The notes below the pieces were generated by a model. That model made no database searches and was not told the DNA's origin. It saw only the letters and a program-made list of their open reading frames with translations. From assembly GCA_900551435.1 (NCBI GenBank), contig URVW01000003.1, forward strand, positions 664 to 64,663: DNA of 64,000 nucleotides. Direction: 5' to 3'. Shown here piece after piece: positions 55,304 through 64,000 of this stretch (position 1 is the stretch's first letter; the number at the start of each line of letters is the position of its first letter). The position numbers and the translations under genes were made by a program. The DNA is from an uncultured Faecalibacterium sp. GTDB lineage: Bacteria; Bacillota; Clostridia; Oscillospirales; Ruminococcaceae.

Positions 55304-58231
55304 GTGAGAGTAGGTCTTGACATCGGCAGTACCACCATCAAATGCGTGGTGCTGGATGAACACGATGCACTTGTATATTCGACATATGAACGTCATTACA
55401 GTCATATTCTGGAAAAGGCACAGGAGCTTCTGCGCCGCATCGATGCAGAGCAGCTGAAGGGTCAGAAAGCGCTGCTCAGCATCTCCGGTTCGGCGGGCAT
55501 GGGTCTGGCCGACAGCTGCGGCGTGCCCTTTGTGCAGGAGGTATTTTCCACCCGCGTGGCCGTCAAGCGGTTCATGCCGGAGACCGACTGCGTGATCGAG
55601 CTGGGCGGCGAGGATGCCAAGATCCTCTTCCTGACCAATGGCACGGAAGTCCGGATGAACGGCAGCTGCGCCGGTGGCACGGGCGCCTTCATCGACCAGA
55701 TGGCCACCCTGCTGAAGATGAGCGCCGACGAGATGAACAAAGCGGCCGAACAGGCACAGCGCACCTACACCATCGCGTCCCGCTGCGGCGTGTTCGCCAA
55801 GAGCGACGTGCAGCCGCTCATCAATCAGGGCGCGCGCACCGAGGATATCGCCGCCAGCATTTATAAGGCCGTGGTCAACCAGACCATCGCTGGTCTGGCA
55901 CAGGGACGCCCCATCAAGGGCAACATCCTGTATCTGGGCGGCCCGCTGACCTTCAGCACCGTTCTGCGCAAGAGCTTTGACGAAGCCCTGAACGTGACCG
56001 GGACCTGCCCCGAAAACAGCTTGCTCTATGTCGCGCTGGGCGCGGCCCTCTATGCCGACAAGGAGTTCGAGCTGTCGGACGTGGCCGCAGCGCTGGATGA
56101 ATATTCCGCGACCGCGACCTACGCCAGCGAGCCGCCGCTCTTCGCCAATAAGGAAGAGTACGAGGCGTTCCATGCCCGCCATATATCCCACAGCGTCCCG
56201 CGCGTGCCCTTCAGCGCACAGTGCGGCCCGGTACATATCGGCATCGACTCCGGCTCTACCACCGTCAAGCTGGTGGTCGTGGACGAGAAGAGCCAGATCC
56301 TCTATACCAACTATCAGCCGAACCTCGGCAACCCGCTGCCCCTCATCAAGGAACAGCTCATCAAAATCTATCAGGAGCATCCGGACCTGCAGGTGGCCAG
56401 TGTGACCACCACCGGCTACGGCGAAGAGCTGGTCAAGAATGCGTTCCGCTGCGATTACGGTCTGGTGGAAACGGTGGCGCACTTCACCGCCGCCAAATAC
56501 TTCATGCCGGACGTCGATTTCATCATCGACATCGGCGGTCAGGATATGAAGTGCTTCAAGATCGAGGATGGAGCCATCAGTAACATCTTCCTGAACGAAG
56601 CCTGTTCTTCCGGCTGCGGCAGCTTTTTGCAGACCTTCGCACAGGCGCTGGGCTATGATGTCAAGGAGTTTGCCGCGCTGGGCCTGTTTGCAGACCGCCC
56701 CGTGGATCTGGGCAGCCGCTGCACCGTCTTTATGAACAGCTCGGTCAAACAGGCACAGAAGGATGGTGCGTCCATCCAGAACATCTCCGCCGGTCTGTCC
56801 ATCAGCGTCGTCAAGAACGCGCTGTATAAGGTCATCCGTGCGTCCAGCCCCGAAGAGCTGGGCCGCAAGATCGTCGTGCAGGGCGGCACGTTCTACAACG
56901 AAGCTGTCCTCCGCGCCTTCGAAAAGGAAATGGGCGTCGAGGTCATCCGCCCCGACATCGCGGGCCTGATGGGCGCCTACGGTGCGGCCCTGCATGGTCT
57001 GCGCCAGAGCCGCAAGAGCGGCAAGGCCGTCTCTTCGATGATGAGTCTGGCCGAGCTGGAAAGTTTCGATCAGAAAGTCGTCAGCGTCAAGTGCGGCGGC
57101 TGCGGCAACCATTGCCAGCTGACCGTGAACACCTTCGCCGACGGACGCAAGTTCATCTCCGGCAACCGCTGCGATAAGCCCGTGACCGGCAAGAGCGAGG
57201 ACAACAGCCTGAACCTCTATGCCTACAAGCAGCAGCTGCTGGCGGGCTACAAGCCGGTTCCCGGCAAGCGCGGCTCCATCGGCATCCCGCTCTGCCTGAA
57301 CATGTACGAGATGCTGCCGTTCTGGTACACCTTCTGGACCAAGCTGGGCTTTGCGGTCCACACCAGCCCGGTGTCCAGCCGCGGCCTGTATCTGGCCGGT
57401 CAGGCGACCATCCCCAGCGATACGGCTTGCTTCCCGGCCAAGCTCAGCCATGGCCACATCAAGGCCCTGAGCCAGATGCAGCTGGATGCCATCTTCTACC
57501 CCTGCCTGACCTATAACTTCGACGAGGGCTTGGGCGACAACCACTATAACTGCCCGGTCGTGGCTTATTATCCTGAAGTTTTGGCCGGCAACTGCCCGGA
57601 GCTGGAAGGCAAGAAGTTCATCTACGATTATGTGGGCATTCATCGCCCGAAGGATTTCGTGCATAAAATGGCCAAGGAAGTGCTGCCCCGCTACTTCGGC
57701 GGCATCTCCGAGAAGGAAGTGCAGGCCGCTGCCGATGCAGCCTATGCCGAGCACGAAGCCCACATGGCGCAGATTCGGGTCAAGGGCAGCGAGATCATCG
57801 ATGAGGCACGCCGTCAGGGCAAGCGCATCATCGTGCTGGCGGGCCGTCCGTATCATGTGGACCCCGAAATCAACCACGGCATCGACCACCTCATCACCCG
57901 CCACGGCGCGGCAGTCGTCACCGAGGACAGCATCTCCAACCGCGTGGAGAAGTTCCCCACCAGCGTCCTGAACCAGTGGACTTATCACAGCCGCCTGTAT
58001 GCCGCGGCCAAATACTGCACCACCCAGAAGGATATGGACCTTGTTCAGCTCGTCTCCTTCGGCTGCGGCGTCGATGCCATCACCACCGACGAGACCCGCG
58101 AGATCCTGCAGGAGGGTGGCAAGCTGTACACCCAGCTCAAGATCGACGAGATCACCAACCTTGGTGCGGTGAACATCCGTCTGCGCAGCCTGTTTGCTGC
58201 GCTGGACGAGCGTGATGAAGATAAAAAATAA
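55304..58231 (+). CDS. 2-hydroxyacyl-CoA dehydratase activase (two ASKHA domains plus DUF2229-like)
   Basis: DIGSTT/DSGSTT, CAGGTG, CSSGCG. Confidence 0.92.
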   Translation: MRVGLDIGSTTIKCVVLDEHDALVYSTYERHYSHILEKAQELLRRIDAEQLKGQKALLSISGSAGMGLADSCGVPFVQEVFSTRVAVKRFMPETDCVIELGGEDAKILFLTNGTEVRMNGSCAGGTGAFIDQMATLLKMSADEMNKAAEQAQRTYTIASRCGVFAKSDVQPLINQGARTEDIAASIYKAVVNQTIAGLAQGRPIKGNILYLGGPLTFSTVLRKSFDEALNVTGTCPENSLLYVALGAALYADKEFELSDVAAALDEYSATATYASEPPLFANKEEYEAFHARHISHSVPRVPFSAQCGPVHIGIDSGSTTVKLVVVDEKSQILYTNYQPNLGNPLPLIKEQLIKIYQEHPDLQVASVTTTGYGEELVKNAFRCDYGLVETVAHFTAAKYFMPDVDFIIDIGGQDMKCFKIEDGAISNIFLNEACSSGCGSFLQTFAQALGYDVKEFAALGLFADRPVDLGSRCTVFMNSSVKQAQKDGASIQNISAGLSISVVKNALYKVIRASSPEELGRKIVVQGGTFYNEAVLRAFEKEMGVEVIRPDIAGLMGAYGAALHGLRQSRKSGKAVSSMMSLAELESFDQKVVSVKCGGCGNHCQLTVNTFADGRKFISGNRCDKPVTGKSEDNSLNLYAYKQQLLAGYKPVPGKRGSIGIPLCLNMYEMLPFWYTFWTKLGFAVHTSPVSSRGLYLAGQATIPSDTACFPAKLSHGHIKALSQMQLDAIFYPCLTYNFDEGLGDNHYNCPVVAYYPEVLAGNCPELEGKKFIYDYVGIHRPKDFVHKMAKEVLPRYFGGISEKEVQAAADAAYAEHEAHMAQIRVKGSEIIDEARRQGKRIIVLAGRPYHVDPEINHGIDHLITRHGAAVVTEDSISNRVEKFPTSVLNQWTYHSRLYAAAKYCTTQKDMDLVQLVSFGCGVDAITTDETREILQEGGKLYTQLKIDEITNLGAVNIRLRSLFAALDERDEDKK

Positions 58232-58257
58232 TCCGTTCTATCACATAGGAGGAACCT

Positions 58258-59577
<1,320 letters not shown>

Positions 59578-59669
59578 TTTCTCTCTCAAAACGCAAACGA
59601 AAAGGCCCTGCGCAGACCAGAACGGTTTGCACAGGGCCTTTGGTTATGCCTTTGGAAACAGAAGAGAAA

Positions 59670-60896
59670 TTACTTCTTCATGTAGATGTGGTGGGGCAGA
59701 CCTGCGATGTAGAGCGGGGTCAGCTCAGCCTGAATGAGAGGACGTGCGTAGTTCAGGAACTCGCTGGTCATCTGGGTATGGTTCTCGTTCATCCAGCTCA
59801 GCGGGACCTTCTTCTCGAGGTTTGCGACCTCGCTGATGGGATGCAGCTCGGTGGTGCACTGATAGGGGTTGTTGGAGATGCGCTTCAGGGCGACCATCTG
59901 GCCGGTGACCCCCTCAAAAGCAGCTTTGGCGGCAGCACCGCCGACCTGATAGGCCTCGGTGATGTCGGTGCGGCTGGTCAGGTGGCCGGCGCAGCGCTGC
60001 AGGGTGGACAGCTCGATGCTGCGGGTCTTGGTGTCGAGGTTGCGTGCCACGACGTTGGCAAGGTAGCGGGCCGTGCCGGTCAGAGCCTTGTGGCCGAAGG
60101 CATCGACTGCGTGCACATCATCGGCCAGCTCGCAGACATAGCGGCCGTCCTCCAGCTTGACGCCTTCGGAGACGGCGATGACGATGCTGGGCTTCTTCTC
60201 CTGCATCGCACGGACCTTCTCCACGAAGTGATCCACGTTGAAGGGGACTTCGGGCAGACAGATCATGTCCACGCCCTCGCAGTCGTCGCTCTTGGCCAGA
60301 GCAGCGGCAGCGGTCAGCCAGCCGGCGTTGCGGCCCATGATCTCGACGACGGTGACATACTTCGTGCCGTAGACCGTGGCATCGCGGATGATCTCCTTCA
60401 TCACGACGCCGATGTACTTGGCAGCAGAGCCGTAGCCGGGGGTGTGGTCGGTGACCATCAGGTCGTTGTCGATGGTCTTGGGCACGCCCATGAAGCGGAT
60501 GTCGCTCTGGATGCGGTTGCCGTAGTCAGCCAGCTTGCCGATGGTGTCCATCGAGTCGTTGCCGCCAATGTAGAAGAAGTAGCCGATGTCCAGCTTTTCC
60601 AGAATGGCGAACAGCTTCTTGTAAACGGCCTCGTCGTCGTGCCAATCCGGCAGCTTGTAACGGCAGCTGCCCAAAAAGCTGGACGGCGTGCGCTTGAGCA
60701 GCTCGATGTCGAGGTCGTCGGTCAGATACTCCGACAGATCGACGACCCGCTCCTCCAGCAGACCGGCGACACCGTTGCGCATGCCGTAAACGACCTGTGC
60801 ACCGCGGTTCTTGCAGCTCTCGAACACACCTGCCAGACTTGCGTTGATGACAGAGGTAGGACCGCCAGACTGACCAACGATTGCATTTTTACCCAT
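59670..60896 (-). CDS. 6-phosphofructokinase family (probably PPi-dependent)
   Basis: QSGGP, GGNDS, PKTIDND, MGR. Confidence 0.93.
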   Translation of the reverse strand: MGKNAIVGQSGGPTSVINASLAGVFESCKNRGAQVVYGMRNGVAGLLEERVVDLSEYLTDDLDIELLKRTPSSFLGSCRYKLPDWHDDEAVYKKLFAILEKLDIGYFFYIGGNDSMDTIGKLADYGNRIQSDIRFMGVPKTIDNDLMVTDHTPGYGSAAKYIGVVMKEIIRDATVYGTKYVTVVEIMGRNAGWLTAAAALAKSDDCEGVDMICLPEVPFNVDHFVEKVRAMQEKKPSIVIAVSEGVKLEDGRYVCELADDVHAVDAFGHKALTGTARYLANVVARNLDTKTRSIELSTLQRCAGHLTSRTDITEAYQVGGAAAKAAFEGVTGQMVALKRISNNPYQCTTELHPISEVANLEKKVPLSWMNENHTQMTSEFLNYARPLIQAELTPLYIAGLPHHIYMKK

Positions 60897-60985
60897 GATG
60901 ATTTCTCCTTTTCTTCTGTTTCGGCTTTTATATTATCGTGCAGGAGCACGAAAACAGACTGCGGGGAAGGGGATGCGGGAGGAAA

Positions 60986-62209
60986 TTACAGACGGATGTG
61001 GCGCGGCGTTCCGTTGACGTAAACGGGCGTCACTTCGTCCAAGATCAGCGGGCGGGCGTATTCCTCGAACGCCGCCGTGACCTGCATCCCGTCCGGGGTG
61101 ATCCAATCCAGCGGGACCTTCTTTTCGAGGTTGGCCACCTTCTGGACGTCCACCGACTCGGTGATGCACTGATAGGGATAATTGGAGATGCGCTTGAGCG
61201 AGATCATCTTGCCCGTCTCGCCCGCAAAGGCAGCGGCAGCGGCTGCTCCGCCGACCGCATAGGCCTCGTTCACGTCGGTCCGGCTGGCCAGATGGCTGGC
61301 GCAGCGCTGCAGCGTCGAGAACTCGATGGCGCGGCTCTTGCAGTTCAGATTGTCGTGGATGAGGTCGGACAGGTAGCGGCTCGTGCCGCTGAGGATGGCC
61401 TTGTGACCGAAGGCGTCCAGCTGACCGGCAGTGGAGACGAGATCGCACAGATATGTACCATCGGCCGTCTTGACGCCCTCGCTGGCTGCGATGATGACAT
61501 TGGGCTTGCTCTTCTGCAGCTCGTCCACCTTGGCAAGGAAGCGGTCCGCATCGAACGGCACTTCCGGCAGCAGGATCAGGTCCGGGCCTTCGCAGTCGTC
61601 GCCGCCGGCCAGACAGGCCGCACCGGCCAGCCAGCCCGCGTGGCGTCCCATGATCTCGGCCACGGTCACGCTGCGGATGTTGTAAACAGAAGAGTCACGG
61701 ATGACTTCCTTCAGGATGGTGGCGATGTACTTGGCCGCAGAGCCGTAGCCGGGGGTGTGGTCGGTCAGGCACAGGTCGTTGTCGATGGTCTTGGGGACCC
61801 CGATGAACCGCACGCTGCTGCCCACCTTGCTGCCGTACCGGCTGAGCTTTGCGATGGTGTCCATCGAGTCGTTGCCGCCGATGTAGAACAGAGCACAGAT
61901 GTCGTACTTGTCGAACAGGGTGAACAGCTTGATGAACGGGGCTGGGTCAACATCCGGATCTGGCAGCTTGTAGCGGCAGCTGCCCAGATAGCTCGACGGG
62001 GTGCGCTTGAGCAGCTCGATGCTCATGCGGTCGTCCAGCAGAACGTTCAGTTCGAGCATCTCCTCCTTGAGCAGACCCTCGATGCCGTACTGCATGCCGT
62101 AGACCTTATCTGCGCCCAGACTGCACGCGGCCTTGTAGACACCTGCCAAGCTGGAATTGATGACAGCTGTTGGGCCGCCGCTCTGGCCGATGATGACGTT
62201 TTTTGCCAT
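60986..62209 (-). CDS. 6-phosphofructokinase family paralog
   Basis: Same motifs as its neighbour. Confidence 0.93.
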   Translation of the reverse strand: MAKNVIIGQSGGPTAVINSSLAGVYKAACSLGADKVYGMQYGIEGLLKEEMLELNVLLDDRMSIELLKRTPSSYLGSCRYKLPDPDVDPAPFIKLFTLFDKYDICALFYIGGNDSMDTIAKLSRYGSKVGSSVRFIGVPKTIDNDLCLTDHTPGYGSAAKYIATILKEVIRDSSVYNIRSVTVAEIMGRHAGWLAGAACLAGGDDCEGPDLILLPEVPFDADRFLAKVDELQKSKPNVIIAASEGVKTADGTYLCDLVSTAGQLDAFGHKAILSGTSRYLSDLIHDNLNCKSRAIEFSTLQRCASHLASRTDVNEAYAVGGAAAAAAFAGETGKMISLKRISNYPYQCITESVDVQKVANLEKKVPLDWITPDGMQVTAAFEEYARPLILDEVTPVYVNGTPRHIRL

Positions 62210-62569
62210 GAGAACCTCCTTCTTATCATAGGAACCATTTCAACGTCCCGCAAAACGGACGTCTGCGCTCTTCAAAAGGCTCTGGAAACCCTGCACTGTT
62301 TCCGGAACCGAGGGCGGACGTTCGCCGCAAGTCGTACAAAAAGAATGCAGGATGTGCATGCACTTCAATGAAAACTGTGCAATTTCCTGCAACAATACTA
62401 TTGTAGCTTATTTGTCTGTTGTATGCAAGACCTGTTTGGTTGCACAGGCAAAAAAATTATGATACAATAATGGTCATGGTGTACAAAAACCGGAGGGATC
62501 CCGGAATTGGATGCAATTTTCCGGGGACACTATCCGTAATTGATAGAAAAGGACAAAGAGGGAAGAGCA

Positions 62570-63607
62570 ATGGGGATCTCGCATGAGTATCATTCCGCCC
62601 ACACCCGCGCAAAGCGGAGCAGGGCTAGTTTTGGGCTTCGGCTGGCGGGGGTCATCGCGGCCATCCTGCTGCTGTCGCTGGCCATCACGGCCATTCTGGA
62701 AAACGGCCAGCGGGAGAGCGAAGCCGCCCAGCAGGCGACGTCCAGCGGCATGGCAGAAAACATTCTGGCCCCGCTGCCGATGCAGGGCGCAGCGGCCAGC
62801 ACCGCTGAAAGCGGCGCAGAGAACGCAGGGGACGGCGCAGACAATGCCGACAGCACGGGTACGCCCGCCGTTACGCTGGAACAGTTCGGCCCTGCGCGGC
62901 AGACTGCAGGAGCCTACAGCGTGAAAGCCTATGACAGCAGCGTCATCCGTCAGCCCAGCAACGGGCAGGTGGACCTGAGCTATTTTGCCGACGCCGCCTT
63001 TCTCGGCGACAGCCTGACCGTGGGCTTCTCGGATTACAACATCAACCTCGGCGGGGCGCTCATCTGCGGCTATACCGGTGTCGGACCGGACGCCATCGTC
63101 AACCGAAGCGCCGTCAAAAGCTCGGTCCGCGGCGAAGAGATCGCGCTGGATGTTCTGGCGGCGGCCCAGCCGAAAAAGGTCTATATCCTGCTGGGCACGA
63201 ACACGCTGACCACGCTGGGCGCGGCAGACCGCTTCCTTGCTTATTACGGCCAGATGCTGGACTTGCTGCATCAGACGCTGGGCAATGACTGCATCCTGTA
63301 TGTGCAGTCCATCCCGCCGGTGCGTCCGGCAGCCGCAGAGGAAAAGCCGGGTCTGGCATCGGACGTCGTGCGCTCGGTCAACGAGCAGCTGGCAAAGCTG
63401 GCGGCGGATAAGGGCTGTGTCTATCTCGACCTGTGGGAAGCTTTTGCGGACGGCGAAGGCAACCTGAAAGAGGTCCTTGCCGCACCGGACGGCGTGCACT
63501 TTTCGGCGGGCAACGGCTATGGTGCGTGGGTGACCTATCTGCGCAACCACGCGAAATATTCTGCGTCCAACCCGTGGACGCCCGGGAGCACCTACGCGGC
63601 AAATTGA
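62570..63607 (+). CDS. Membrane-anchored SGNH/GDSL hydrolase
   Basis: GDSL, LGTN, DGVH. Confidence 0.88.
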   Translation: MGISHEYHSAHTRAKRSRASFGLRLAGVIAAILLLSLAITAILENGQRESEAAQQATSSGMAENILAPLPMQGAAASTAESGAENAGDGADNADSTGTPAVTLEQFGPARQTAGAYSVKAYDSSVIRQPSNGQVDLSYFADAAFLGDSLTVGFSDYNINLGGALICGYTGVGPDAIVNRSAVKSSVRGEEIALDVLAAAQPKKVYILLGTNTLTTLGAADRFLAYYGQMLDLLHQTLGNDCILYVQSIPPVRPAAAEEKPGLASDVVRSVNEQLAKLAADKGCVYLDLWEAFADGEGNLKEVLAAPDGVHFSAGNGYGAWVTYLRNHAKYSASNPWTPGSTYAAN

Positions 63608-63658
63608 ACTTAGAACCAGAAGAGCGCCTGTCGGGTCAGTTCCGGCGGGCGCTCTTTT

Positions 63659-64000
63659 TTAGGAGAATTTTAGTTGTTGAACCAAATGATCGCGCAGAAG
63701 GTCGGCACAGCGGTTTTTGGAACTTTTTCGCTGTAAAAAGGCTGCACAGAGCGGCGGGACGCCTTCCAGCGGAATGACACGGATGGGGTCGGTCGCGCGC
63801 GTTGGAAAATCCTCGATCCGGTCCAGTGCGAGAACGCCTTCTTCCTGCACGAGGTAGAGCGCCTGATAGAACTTTTCCGCGACCTCGATCTTGGGGCGAC
63901 AGCCGCAGGTCTGGAACGCTTCCCAGAGCGGGGCCAGCGGTGCGGGCTGCAGCCCCGGGATGAGGAACCGCTGGCCGTCCAGCTGTTCCGGGCGGATGCG
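63659..64000 (-). CDS. LysR-type substrate-binding domain (partial)
   Basis: Frame open to the edge: EQLDGQRFLI...FQTCGCRPKI...ALYLVQEEGVLAL. Confidence 0.6.
   Translation of the reverse strand, partial: RIRPEQLDGQRFLIPGLQPAPLAPLWEAFQTCGCRPKIEVAEKFYQALYLVQEEGVLALDRIEDFPTRATDPIRVIPLEGVPPLCAAFLQRKSSKNRCADLLRDHLVQQLKFS

Overview
High-GC Firmicutes chromosome segment whose gene content resembles Faecalibacterium/Oscillospiraceae (inference from protein families). Bases 1-17511 are a visibly lower-GC accessory region. It comprises two elements in tandem, each ending in the same ~634-bp module (vbhA-like gene, palindrome, and a tRNA-Ala(CGC) sequence split by a 172-nt insert). Element A (partial) has repA_N-parA-parB and an IS110 end with a structured non-coding tail. 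Element B (13,024 bp, no integrase) is a mosaic of small regulator, GNAT and membrane genes and gene fragments. It is punctuated by five copies of a 22-nt motif plus hairpin derived from the 3' end of Cys-rich KTR genes, resembling a gene-cassette array. Bases ~17.6-64 kb are mostly core genes: MFS with a leader peptide, T-box-pheST, DD-carboxypeptidase, MATE, recD2, mreB-like, Na+-decarboxylase subunits, pcrA-thyX-tmk-GNAT-mltG-U32, cutC, galKT, CIRCE-htpG, fused ABC transporter, a degenerate Spo0A-like/kinase pair, a REP-like doublet, 2-hydroxyacyl-CoA dehydratase/activase, tandem pfk genes, an SGNH hydrolase and a partial LysR. All calls are from manual reading; no searches were run.
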